Below, piece after piece: positions 9,781-19,155 of a DNA stretch of 64,000 nt (the stretch's first letter is position 1; every line of letters begins with the position of its first letter). A program made the position numbers and the translations under genes. The notes beneath the pieces were generated by a model. The model did not search any database. It saw nothing but the letters and a program-made list of their open reading frames with translations, and was not told the origin of the DNA. The stretch lies in IMG/VR virus record IMGVR_UViG_3300045738_002037, positions 64,001 to 128,000 of that record; one strand, written 5' to 3'. This DNA is from a virus.

Positions 9781-10923
9781 CTACTCGTCGTCATCTAACT
9801 GACCCAGAAGATCTTCGATCTCCTTATTAGCATCGATATCGTCATCAGCATCATCATCATCAGATGATTTTTCTTTCGCATCAGAATCGGCACTAGAATC
9901 AGCACTAGAATCGGCACTAGAATCGGCACTAGAATCGGCACTAGAATCGGCACTAGAATCGGCACTAGAATCGGCACTAGAATCAGCATCAAAAGGTGCT
10001 TCTTCTGAAAGAGAATCACTAGAAGAATCTTCCAATTCATCTTCTAAAGAGTCATCGCCAGCATTAGAGTCAGACTTTGCAACATCAGTTGACGCTGCTG
10101 CAGTTTCATCCTCATCAAATCCAGAATCGTCGTCATCATCGCCATTGATCATGACAGAAGCCAATTTACTTATTTTATCCAAATCAGGCTCTTCTATTTT
10201 AGTAAACAAGTCAATTCTTTTAGCAAGAACGTCTTTGATTGCTTCTTCATTTGGAGAGCCATCCTTATTCTTGATAATAGCCGTGGTTTCGCCGCCATTT
10301 GGCAGAAATTTACTGGTCTTATAGCTATTGTTTCTACCAGATTTTAATACTTCTAATTGATAACAAAATGCTTTGCTCTCATCAAAGAACACACCATATG
10401 CTTCCGGATCATCAGAATCACCAGCGTCATCCCGCAATAAACACGTTGTCCATTGATCAAAACATGTTTTAGAAGCATTAAAAAATCTTACTTTCCCGCG
10501 TAAATCATCCGGATTGGTTTTTACATTCGGGAAGTAGACATTAACCATATAATATGATTGTGGCATCCATTGTTGGACAATCAACCGCCTTTTGTCGGGA
10601 TTCTTTTCATCCCGCAACAAATCAAACCCAAATGTGCAAATTGGGCAATCATCGCCGCCAAAAATCCGAGGGCACGGATGCGGGCGATCATTTATCCAAT
10701 GATTCCCGTGTGTTGCAAAAAACTGGTCCATACTCTTTATCGCAGAACCACTTTTTGTATCATCGCCTTTCATTAAAGGCGGCAAAATAAAAAGCCGATA
10801 TTTAATCGCCGTTGTGCCATCCTGAGCTTTTTCAGGCTTAAACATATCAGGATCATTAAACTTACCCGACATCGATTTTTGTAACTTCTTACGAATTGCT
10901 TCTACATCATACGCCATTTTCAT
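9781..10923 (-). CDS. Single-stranded DNA-binding protein, T4 gp32-like
   Basis: RLFILPP, H...CP...CPIC zinc site, very acidic tail, next to UvsY-like gene and exonuclease. Confidence 0.85.
   Translation of the reverse strand: MKMAYDVEAIRKKLQKSMSGKFNDPDMFKPEKAQDGTTAIKYRLFILPPLMKGDDTKSGSAIKSMDQFFATHGNHWINDRPHPCPRIFGGDDCPICTFGFDLLRDEKNPDKRRLIVQQWMPQSYYMVNVYFPNVKTNPDDLRGKVRFFNASKTCFDQWTTCLLRDDAGDSDDPEAYGVFFDESKAFCYQLEVLKSGRNNSYKTSKFLPNGGETTAIIKNKDGSPNEEAIKDVLAKRIDLFTKIEEPDLDKISKLASVMINGDDDDDSGFDEDETAAASTDVAKSDSNAGDDSLEDELEDSSSDSLSEEAPFDADSSADSSADSSADSSADSSADSSADSSADSSADSDAKEKSSDDDDADDDIDANKEIEDLLGQLDDDE
9883..9988. repeat. 12-bp tandem repeat (agaatcggcact, 8 full units plus partial) encoding (SSAD)n
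   Basis: Read directly. Confidence 0.95.
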
Positions 10924-10937
10924 TACTCCTAAATTTT

Positions 10938-11441
10938 TTAACTTTCTAATCTTTCTTGTCTTTTAAATCCGGCTAATGATCTTAACACTTCTGCTTTAAG
11001 CTTTAATGCTTCTACCATGTGCCACATTTTACCAACATGCTTTTGAATTAATGCAAGCTTTACATCTAATTTCTGTAACTCCTTGTCTTTTTCGGCAATT
11101 GATTTAACTTGTTCAACAGATGGCGGCCTTAAGCCCTCCTTCTTAAATGATTCTAATACTTCTTCAATACATTCCCCTTTTCTTGCTTTAACCTTTCTTT
11201 CTGCAACAGCCACCATTGATTTCATTTCTGAATACAACGCAGCCCAATAGGTATATTGCGCCGGAATATCTTGAAGTTGTTGTTCAAGAATATCATAATC
11301 CACATCAATATCCGGAAGCATATTAACTTCCGTTGACAAACCATTCGGCAAAGTCACTCTAAACTTAAATAGCGTCGAATCCGCCAGTTCTGGCGGCAGA
11401 TATTCGCTGATCCATTTAGGAACTTCACCTTTACTATTCAT
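10938..11441 (-). CDS. UvsY-like recombination mediator
   Basis: Helical protein with PAQYTYWAALY and C-terminal LRSLA; next to SSB. Confidence 0.6.
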   Translation of the reverse strand: MNSKGEVPKWISEYLPPELADSTLFKFRVTLPNGLSTEVNMLPDIDVDYDILEQQLQDIPAQYTYWAALYSEMKSMVAVAERKVKARKGECIEEVLESFKKEGLRPPSVEQVKSIAEKDKELQKLDVKLALIQKHVGKMWHMVEALKLKAEVLRSLAGFKRQERLES

Positions 11442-11763
11442 TTATCGGAGGACCCCAAGCTGATTTGTCAAACCCTTCTTTCTTTTTTAATACATTCTGA
11501 CTATTTTCGCTAATTATTGGGGCAGAAGACCCAAAAGCATTCCTATCAAATGTGGGTTTTTGCATTTCATTAATCTGACTTACAATTATTTCTTCACGTA
11601 AAGAAGATCTCTTTTTGAATTTATTCCTCACCATTTCTTTTTTACGTTTTTGCTTTCGTCTTACGGATTTAATCGAATCACGTTGCTTTTTTCTATTCCT
11701 CTTTTTATTCTTAAATGTTACTTTTTTCATTTGTGTTTTCCCAACAACTTCCATTTTTTCCAC
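11434..11763 (-). CDS. Lysine/arginine-rich hypothetical protein
   Basis: ORF fills gap; repeated FD(R/K)xA(F/W)G. Confidence 0.55.
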   Translation of the reverse strand: MEKMEVVGKTQMKKVTFKNKKRNRKKQRDSIKSVRRKQKRKKEMVRNKFKKRSSLREEIIVSQINEMQKPTFDRNAFGSSAPIISENSQNVLKKKEGFDKSAWGPPINE

Positions 11764-12923
11764 TTTTTGCCAATACTTATACTTAACGGAAACTTTGGAT
11801 TCTGCTCTAACACACCTTCAAATGGATTTAACATTATTGGAACTACCGTATCTATTATACATCTAATTTTTTTAGGATCATTTTCTGTCACAATTACAAG
11901 AGAGTCATGCACTTCTGCGATCAGTTTATTATCTAAAATTTCCCATATTTTTCTAATGACTAACTGCATAGCATGAACCACAGATCCCTGCATTGCCCCG
12001 TTTAACACAGCCAATTCATTTTTAGCATACTTTCTTTTAAACTTACGTCCTAAAATAGTTTCTAAAGATCCACCGTCTCTTTCGATTCTATCTTTACAAT
12101 TGGATATCCACTCCCCAAGCATGCAATAAACACCGCTAAGAGCCACACTCCTAAAATTCATAGAATTTATTGCCTTTAATAACATCAATTTACACTCGTC
12201 CCTACTTATCTCGCCAGCATGAGTTATTTTATCGCGCATATAAGCATATGGGTCGGATAATTCAAAAGACGATATCAATTCTGAATCATTTGACAATAAA
12301 GAAGCAACCCTAATATCCGCGCTAACCCAATCAAAATGAATAAACACTGAATTTTCACTCGCGCCTACAGCAGCGATGTGGTCTTTACTAGTCGTGCCTT
12401 GAATATTAAAACCAGTAGTCTTGCTTCTCCCAGAATACGTCTTCAATGACCATTTAGGATATCTATGGACAAATCCATGCAATATGCCGTTGTCCTCCAT
12501 ACTTTGATAAACCACAGACGCATTAGCTAATATTTTATGATATTCCTTAACATTAGCCTTTTGCATTTTATCTAAAACAGATCTAACGATAACATTGTCT
12601 TTAGCTTGACTTTTATCAGGCTTTATATCTGGTAAATGAATATCATAAACATTATATTGAGAACGCAATAAAGGCAACTCAAATTGTTTTATATGTGACT
12701 TAAAATCTGATATTACTATCGATTTTTTATTTTTATTGGCTTCTAATATTATTTTCTTTATTTCTTTTCTTGTATCTGCTATTGCACGATAGGTCTTGCC
12801 AGCGCCAGGACGATATAAATCCTTGACAATAGTTTTAGAGCCAGCCCGAATACCGGTACAGCGTGGCCTACCAGATGCAGGATCAAACAAAGTAAAAATA
12901 TATAAATAACGCATGTTAATCAA
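11727..12923 (-). CDS. Minimal family A DNA polymerase (no intact exonuclease domains); likely ATG at 12914
   Basis: SGR, motif A FDWVSADIR, motif B RDECK, NGAMQGS, motif C VHDSL. Confidence 0.85.
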   Translation of the reverse strand: MINMRYLYIFTLFDPASGRPRCTGIRAGSKTIVKDLYRPGAGKTYRAIADTRKEIKKIILEANKNKKSIVISDFKSHIKQFELPLLRSQYNVYDIHLPDIKPDKSQAKDNVIVRSVLDKMQKANVKEYHKILANASVVYQSMEDNGILHGFVHRYPKWSLKTYSGRSKTTGFNIQGTTSKDHIAAVGASENSVFIHFDWVSADIRVASLLSNDSELISSFELSDPYAYMRDKITHAGEISRDECKLMLLKAINSMNFRSVALSGVYCMLGEWISNCKDRIERDGGSLETILGRKFKRKYAKNELAVLNGAMQGSVVHAMQLVIRKIWEILDNKLIAEVHDSLVIVTENDPKKIRCIIDTVVPIMLNPFEGVLEQNPKFPLSISIGKKWKKWKLLGKHK

Positions 12924-12959
12924 CAGTTTTATTAATTAAGATACGTTTGGATATTTTCG

Positions 12960-13406
12960 CTAATTATTAGAAGATTTAGGCAGCGACTTCGATGACTTTT
13001 TAGGTGACATATCATAATGTTTCGTTGGAGTTCCGTCTTTCCTACCAGCTTTTTTAAATTGTGCTATTTTATCGTCAACTTCTCCAGGCTCTCGCATGGA
13101 AGCATATGGATCGTCATCTTGTAATTTACATATGTTCATATCACGCCTGACACCTTCTTTATCTAAATAGCCGTCGCCACGAACATATCCAGTATAATCA
13201 TTATGGTTAAACGCTTGTCTTGCATTATGATTATTACATCTTGGGCATGTCGTAGCTTTTTTCTTTTCTTCTTCACCAGCATTCATTGAATGGTAAGTTT
13301 CAAATATTACTTCCCACTCTTCATCATACGTAAGTTCTTCACCTTTTATTTTGGTGGCTTCAGCTTCACAGTCTTTGCAGAAATAATAATAGCTAGGCAT
13401 TTTCAT
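12960..13406 (-). CDS. FmdB-like zinc ribbon protein
   Basis: MPSYYYFCKDC ... CPRC. Confidence 0.7.
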   Translation of the reverse strand: MKMPSYYYFCKDCEAEATKIKGEELTYDEEWEVIFETYHSMNAGEEEKKKATTCPRCNNHNARQAFNHNDYTGYVRGDGYLDKEGVRRDMNICKLQDDDPYASMREPGEVDDKIAQFKKAGRKDGTPTKHYDMSPKKSSKSLPKSSNN

Positions 13407-13839
13407 TTACTACTTCATATGGAACAGGCTGAAGTTTGCAAAAAATAGCTCTTTCGGGAATTATTCTAACCGTCTTTCCAGCATAAACACCACTTTGAGA
13501 ATTTATAGTTGTCACAACTTGATTAGGTTGAAATAACACAACATCACCAACTTTTAACTGAGATGGTGTTCTAGCGCCATTTTGAGCTAACCCAGGACCA
13601 ACGCCTACTACCAATCCTTCCGGCTTAAGTTTAGATTCACCCGGAAGTTCAAGACCACCTTCTAAATTAATTTCAAATTGCAAAATTGCAGCAAAATCAT
13701 TATAACATGGAACTTCTCTGATTTTTATTGGCCCATCTGAAAATATTTCAGTTTCCATTATTAATGGGGACGGCGCTTCACGCGGATTTTTTCCTTCTTC
13801 TCTCTGCATCAACGTTTCACTTTTAGCAACATCAGTCAT
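13393..13839 (-). CDS. groES: Co-chaperonin GroES-like
   Basis: GGLELP, GLVVGVGPG, LKVGDVVLF. Confidence 0.8.
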   Translation of the reverse strand: MTDVAKSETLMQREEGKNPREAPSPLIMETEIFSDGPIKIREVPCYNDFAAILQFEINLEGGLELPGESKLKPEGLVVGVGPGLAQNGARTPSQLKVGDVVLFQPNQVVTTINSQSGVYAGKTVRIIPERAIFCKLQPVPYEVVNENA

Positions 13840-14048
13840 TATTTATCTCCTATTGTCAAACAAGCGCAATCTTTTTCAAAATCGCCAGTTAAAAATTTAA
13901 CTCTAGCCCTTCTGCTGGAATTAGCCGACCTCGGAACTTTAATTTGCATCGATGATCCATCAGGACTAATATTAAAACCCGACCTTTGCATTGTTTCCGC
14001 CTGTGCTTTTGTAATATTTGTGTCTATAACTATTCTAATCTTCATCAA
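13839..14048 (-). CDS. Hypothetical protein
   Basis: Coupled to both neighbours. Confidence 0.55.
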   Translation of the reverse strand: MMKIRIVIDTNITKAQAETMQRSGFNISPDGSSMQIKVPRSANSSRRARVKFLTGDFEKDCACLTIGDK

Positions 14049-15379
14049 AGTTGCTCCCTAACTTGCATCTTATTATAATCTATAGTACATGTCACTGTTT
14101 CGTGTTTTGGCCCGTTTCTATTCTTTGCTATAAAGAATCTCAAGCGAGGAGGTTCTGCTTGCCGTTCCTGATCGGTTTGATTTAAACTTATAACATAATC
14201 TAAAGGCATATTTTTACCAAAACTTTCAGCAGTCTTGTTTAAATCAATAAGCTGATCCGTGCCGCTGCCGCTCCTATTAGTTTGAGTAGCAGTGAAAACT
14301 AACACCTGTTCATTTTTGGCAAGCCCACGAACTTCAGTGGCAACATGTTTTTGCCGAGTATAATCATCTTTATTATAATCTTTAATTCTACTAACCATCA
14401 ATTCTAAATAATCCAAAATAATAACGTCCGGCTTCCAACCTTTTGATCTTTTCAAATTATCTACTATAGCATATATGTGATCAACACTACACTCATCGGG
14501 AGGCAACTCATAAATACATAACTGCTTTTTATAGGCATTTTTAGTTTGATTTATTACCCTTTTTGCATAATCTTCATGGCTTTTTACATCATTAATATTA
14601 ACACCGGTCAATGCCCCAACACACCTTAGCGCCGTTTTAATTTTATCCAATTCAAATGTAATCAATAAAACATCCTGCCCAGCTTCGCCATCAGCGCCCA
14701 TACCTTTTATAGACGATATGGCGTTGTTAACAAGCAAAATAGACTTTCCAACATTTGTCGCGGCCATCCAGCAAACGACTTCTCCAGATGACGGCCCACC
14801 ATTGTTCAAAAATTTGTCAAGCTTAGGAAATCCAGTAGTTTTGTGTTCTATAGTATCTTCCATAAATAATATATCAGAATCTTCAAAAAACCACAAACCT
14901 TGATCGCCAACATTTGCTATCTTATGCGCAGAATCAATGATATTTTCAAGTTGAGAATAATCACCGCGATAATATGCGTCTTGCACTTCATCGTGGTATA
15001 TCATCCCATAGGCTTTTCTTTTGGCCCATTTGATCAACGTATCCTTAACAAATGGCACTTCACGCGGATCAGATTTTCTATTGACTACCCTTAATACTTC
15101 TTCAAACGGTTCATCTTCAGTTATCGCTTGCTCTATCTGATCACGTAATATTGGCCTAGTAGGTATTGTATTATGTTTTTCAAACTCATTTAGTATATGA
15201 GCTATTACATATTGAGTTTCAACACGGGTAAACATGGAGGGAGTCATAAATCTCCCCACAGAAGTGAAGAACTCAGGAAAATCCAATGCAAGAGAAACTA
15301 TAGCTTCTTCTTGATATTTCCCAAATTCACCAGATTCGTCGACTTCTTGATTTAAATTATTTAATATACCTGTTACCAT
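14045..15379 (-). CDS. Replicative DNA helicase, DnaB/T4 gp41-like
   Basis: AATNVGKS, ILDYLEL, TATQTNR, AESFGK, KNRNG. Confidence 0.93.
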   Translation of the reverse strand: MVTGILNNLNQEVDESGEFGKYQEEAIVSLALDFPEFFTSVGRFMTPSMFTRVETQYVIAHILNEFEKHNTIPTRPILRDQIEQAITEDEPFEEVLRVVNRKSDPREVPFVKDTLIKWAKRKAYGMIYHDEVQDAYYRGDYSQLENIIDSAHKIANVGDQGLWFFEDSDILFMEDTIEHKTTGFPKLDKFLNNGGPSSGEVVCWMAATNVGKSILLVNNAISSIKGMGADGEAGQDVLLITFELDKIKTALRCVGALTGVNINDVKSHEDYAKRVINQTKNAYKKQLCIYELPPDECSVDHIYAIVDNLKRSKGWKPDVIILDYLELMVSRIKDYNKDDYTRQKHVATEVRGLAKNEQVLVFTATQTNRSGSGTDQLIDLNKTAESFGKNMPLDYVISLNQTDQERQAEPPRLRFFIAKNRNGPKHETVTCTIDYNKMQVREQL

Positions 15380-15400
15380 ATTATGACATGCCGCTAATGC

Positions 15401-15736
15401 CTAGCTGGTCGTATCGCATAGAGAACTTTTCTGCAATTGAATGCTTGCAAGTTGCCTCTTTAAATTCTCTTCAGATAAAGTTAATGCATCACATACTGTA
15501 ATTAATTCGTCTTCAGTAAAATACAAAGTCGATTCTGGCGCTAAACCAATCCTATCGCCAAATTGCGCAGGAACTTGAAGACCAGTGGTTTTAACAGCTA
15601 TACCATATAACCAAGCAGAATCGTCGGAGCTAGATCTAACTTCTCCAATCTTTAAGGCTTCAAGAAACCCTAAAGCTGCAGATTCTCTAAGATAAACTAC
15701 ATCATTAACATTAAATATGGGGTTAGTTGTCGGCAT
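15401..15736 (-). CDS. Hypothetical protein
   Basis: ORF between recA and helicase. Confidence 0.6.
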   Translation of the reverse strand: MPTTNPIFNVNDVVYLRESAALGFLEALKIGEVRSSSDDSAWLYGIAVKTTGLQVPAQFGDRIGLAPESTLYFTEDELITVCDALTLSEENLKRQLASIQLQKSSLCDTTS

Positions 15737-16823
15737 CTATTTCATCCACATATGAGTCAAGGACATCTTCAATTTCACGTTCAGGCAATGGTGCCGGTTT
15801 TTTATGCATCAATTTATCATATATTTTATCTTTTATTTCTATAGCCATAGCCTCATTATTCTCAAGATACTGTAAAGCATTTACTTTACCATTCCCTAAT
15901 TTTACATCGCCAAACGAATAATGCGATCCTTTTACATCAACAATATTTTCGTCGGCAGCGGCATCTAAAATTGCCGCAAACGTATCAATGCCATAAGTTG
16001 GTCGTTCATCTTTGCCAAAACATATTTCGAATTCTGCTTCTTGAAAAGGAGCGGCAACTTTATTTTTAACAATTTTAACCCTAGTCCTGTTCGCAACAGG
16101 CACAGAGTTGATTTTTAAAGTCCCGATTTTTCTGACATCCATTCGAACAGATGCATAAAATTTGAGCGCTCTGCCACCTGGGGTATCTTCAGGACTACCA
16201 AACATTACACCGATTTTCATTCTTATTTGATTAATGAAAATGACAGTGGTGGCAGTTTTAGCACATTTAGCTTTCAACCTATTCATGGCTTTAGACATTA
16301 ACTGAGCTTGAGCGCCAATGGTAGTGGCTCCCAACTCGCCGTCTAACATCTTTTGCGGAATTAAAGCAGCAACAGAATCCACAACAATCAAATCAATCAA
16401 TCCTGATTCTGCCAACGCTTCAACAATGGTTAACGCCTGCTCGCCGTTATCTGGCTGTGATATTAACAAACGCTCCATGTCAACGCCGATTTTATCGGCC
16501 CACTCAGGGTCCAAGGCATGCTCAGCATCAATAAAAGCGCAAGCGCCAGTTCTTTCTTTATTTTTAAAATAAAACTGCTGACAGCTTGCCACAATTTGTA
16601 ATGAAGTTGTTGTTTTGCCACTACTTTCTGGCCCATATAGTTCAATCAACCGGCCTTGAGGTATCCCGCCAACACCAAGAGCAGCATCAACGGTAATAAT
16701 GCCAGTCGGGAATATATCAACATCAACAATGGCACCTCGGCCAAGCATTATAGCACCAGCTCCATGGTCCTTCTCAATCTGATTCTTCAGATCTTCCAAT
16801 GTCACGTTTTCTTTTTTTGCCAT
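15723..16823 (-). CDS. recA: Recombinase RecA
   Basis: GPESSGKTT, DAEHALD, VDSVAAL, FINQIR, GGRALKFYAS. Confidence 0.97.
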   Translation of the reverse strand: MAKKENVTLEDLKNQIEKDHGAGAIMLGRGAIVDVDIFPTGIITVDAALGVGGIPQGRLIELYGPESSGKTTTSLQIVASCQQFYFKNKERTGACAFIDAEHALDPEWADKIGVDMERLLISQPDNGEQALTIVEALAESGLIDLIVVDSVAALIPQKMLDGELGATTIGAQAQLMSKAMNRLKAKCAKTATTVIFINQIRMKIGVMFGSPEDTPGGRALKFYASVRMDVRKIGTLKINSVPVANRTRVKIVKNKVAAPFQEAEFEICFGKDERPTYGIDTFAAILDAAADENIVDVKGSHYSFGDVKLGNGKVNALQYLENNEAMAIEIKDKIYDKLMHKKPAPLPEREIEDVLDSYVDEIDADN

Positions 16824-17076
16824 GTAACAGTCCTTTCATAGCATCATTAATCTTTGTCAAATCATGTTTAACGACAATTTTTACATCTGTGTGAGGAATT
16901 TTTATCGTCGTTTTGTTTTTAACTAACAATAATTCATTATTTCCAACAACCGCCGTGACAGACCAAACACCTTTCGGAGATAATTCAGTTCCAGGAGGGG
17001 CTGATAAATAACTAACATTTTTAGTAGTAAGTAACATAACTTGGTCGAATCTGCCGATGTTACTTTGATCGTCCAT
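16774..17076 (-). CDS. Hypothetical protein
   Basis: ORF directly upstream of recA. Confidence 0.55.
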   Translation of the reverse strand: MDDQSNIGRFDQVMLLTTKNVSYLSAPPGTELSPKGVWSVTAVVGNNELLLVKNKTTIKIPHTDVKIVVKHDLTKINDAMKGLLHGKKRKRDIGRSEESD

Positions 17077-17115
17077 TTTATAAGCAAAATTAAAAAAGGA
17101 AAAAGGAGATTATTA

Positions 17116-17598
17116 ATGCTAAATGACGACGAAAAATTGCTTGTCGAAGCCATCAACACCATGTTACAACATGACGCCAAGCTCGGTTTATCCGTTCATG
17201 ACAATAATAGCCCATCTGGATATCAAAATGGTGATGGGTCAGATCGCGATGGTAAAATCGAAAGAGGATTTCAACATTTACACGGTCACATCACAGAAAT
17301 GTTTGCTTTAAAAGCAGCAGAATCTCCATTTCATGATAGTTTATGTCAAGCATTTGGTAAAGTTCATAATTACAAATACATTGACGACCCTACATTTAGA
17401 ATTGCTATGGAAAAAGAATTGCTTGCTCAAGGAATACCACTGGCAGAAAGGAAGAAAGGATTAGACATAGTTCCGACAATTATAGATGAATTAAAATCTG
17501 ACGAAGAAATATGGTCAGAAGAAAATTTTGGGTTTAACACAGAATTAGATCGTGAATCTATTTTTGGCGACACCACCAACGATTTTAATATCGAATAA
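17116..17598 (+). CDS. Hypothetical acidic protein (start revised to ATG 17116)
   Basis: AAGGAG RBS just upstream of ATG 17116. Confidence 0.7.
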   Translation: MLNDDEKLLVEAINTMLQHDAKLGLSVHDNNSPSGYQNGDGSDRDGKIERGFQHLHGHITEMFALKAAESPFHDSLCQAFGKVHNYKYIDDPTFRIAMEKELLAQGIPLAERKKGLDIVPTIIDELKSDEEIWSEENFGFNTELDRESIFGDTTNDFNIE

Positions 17599-17840
17599 TG
17601 AAATTAAGCATGATTAACGAAAATCTCTTAGAAATATCGTTGAAAAACAAATTCGGCAAAAAATATTTTGGCCGTCCGCTTAACCACACACCACAATCGT
17701 ATGGCTCAAATAGCGGCCATGATTCTGGGTCAAGAGCGGCAGGCAGTACATTTCTGCCAAGTGGCGTGCCGCATCACCCAAGACACAGGCAGTTTTTGGG
17801 GATGTCGCCTAGAAAATTCTCTATCACACTTGGCCGTTAA
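17598..17840 (+). CDS. Small basic protein with MKLxxIxE leader (possible internal head protein)
   Basis: MKLSMINENLLE start; overlaps previous stop. Confidence 0.55.
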   Translation: MKLSMINENLLEISLKNKFGKKYFGRPLNHTPQSYGSNSGHDSGSRAAGSTFLPSGVPHHPRHRQFLGMSPRKFSITLGR

Positions 17841-17859
17841 TATAAAATTGATCTATTTA

Positions 17860-18663
17860 TCAATGAATGATCCCAGTGCCGCCGCACTTTGGACATGAAA
17901 TTTCTTCACCGGCATTCTCTGCAAAACCCGTCCCTTTACATATAGGGCAATCTCTATTTGCAGCCTGATATCCGTGCCGGAAATCAGCATCCTCAGATAT
18001 CGCCGCATTTTTAAATCTCTCTTGCAATGCGCTATCACCGCCAGTATTTATAATATTAATCCTCGTAGTACCGGTGCCATCCACGCGCTTTTTAGGTATA
18101 GCAATGGGTTGACCACCTCTGCCCTCCATCATTTCCATTTTAGCCTTACCATGCCTAACTTCTTCAGGAAGTTTGTCCTCTAACGAACCTAAATCAATGC
18201 TAGAATGACTATCAACCGAATATCCGCCACTCGCGCCGCCAACCGATTGCATACCTTTATTACTGTCGATAACATCCGTCGAAACAACATCGTCGCCCGA
18301 CATATCGTCTATCGGCGTAGTGCCAGGAACAATAACAGTAACTTTCTTTTTAGTATCTTCGGGAATTTGAGATGTCATTTGTTCAGCATAAGCTGGCTGC
18401 ACAGCGTTTGACGCTGCCGTAGGTTTAGACACTACTGGTGGCAATTCTTCTTGCGTGCTAATATGCAAGCCCAATTCTTCGGCCTGTTTTATCAATTCAT
18501 CAATTTTATTTTGTTTATTAATATGAGCATCTTTTACAGCTTGAACAGTAGCATTTACGGCATGGTCGTCACACACATATACTGTTACTTTATCACCGTT
18601 ATCTAACTTAATGGTCATCTCAGTATTTAAATTATCAGATGAACTGCAAAATATACAAGGCAT
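17860..18663 (-). CDS. Protein with N-terminal zinc finger and C-terminal DnaJ-type CxxCxGxG zinc finger
   Basis: CIFC...CDDH; CPICKGTG and CPKCGGTG; ATG 18663 with GGAGGG RBS. Confidence 0.7.
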   Translation of the reverse strand: MPCIFCSSSDNLNTEMTIKLDNGDKVTVYVCDDHAVNATVQAVKDAHINKQNKIDELIKQAEELGLHISTQEELPPVVSKPTAASNAVQPAYAEQMTSQIPEDTKKKVTVIVPGTTPIDDMSGDDVVSTDVIDSNKGMQSVGGASGGYSVDSHSSIDLGSLEDKLPEEVRHGKAKMEMMEGRGGQPIAIPKKRVDGTGTTRINIINTGGDSALQERFKNAAISEDADFRHGYQAANRDCPICKGTGFAENAGEEISCPKCGGTGIIH

Positions 18664-18687
18664 GATTATTCCCTCCGGAGGCCACAA

Positions 18688-19104
18688 ATGCCAACTAAAG
18701 TATCTATCATAGAAGTAGATTTAGGCGAAGATATAGACAAAATCATATCGGAAGACATTGCTAAATTAACACAAGAAGCTAAACAAGAATTAGATAATGT
18801 CATTGAAATTGCCAAAAAAACCCAAGAACTAAAACAACGAAAAGAACGCGAAAAGAAAGAATCCGCAGACCAGATGGGATCACTCCTTGATTCTATATAC
18901 AATAAATTAATTGAATCTGATAAATCCGGAATTCCCGCAAGTGAAATTGTTGAAGAAGTTAAACCACAAATTAAAACCGCCTCTGCGTTCACTTTAAGAA
19001 TGAAAACTTATCTTAGAAACCGTGGCAATGACTATATTATTAAAAGGAAAAACATTAAGAAAATTCCTCATTATATTCTCGAACCATATAATGTTGAAGA
19101 TTAA
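18688..19104 (+). CDS. Hypothetical protein (coiled coil plus possible winged helix)
   Basis: GGAGG RBS; helical composition. Confidence 0.65.
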   Translation: MPTKVSIIEVDLGEDIDKIISEDIAKLTQEAKQELDNVIEIAKKTQELKQRKEREKKESADQMGSLLDSIYNKLIESDKSGIPASEIVEEVKPQIKTASAFTLRMKTYLRNRGNDYIIKRKNIKKIPHYILEPYNVED

Positions 19105-19155
19105 TTTTACGAATTTTTAATATTCTTCCATAGTGCCGATCTCTATCGCAATTAC

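Noticed and set aside
9795-10040. (ILVP)n ORF
   Set aside because: Off-frame reading of the SSB 12-bp repeat
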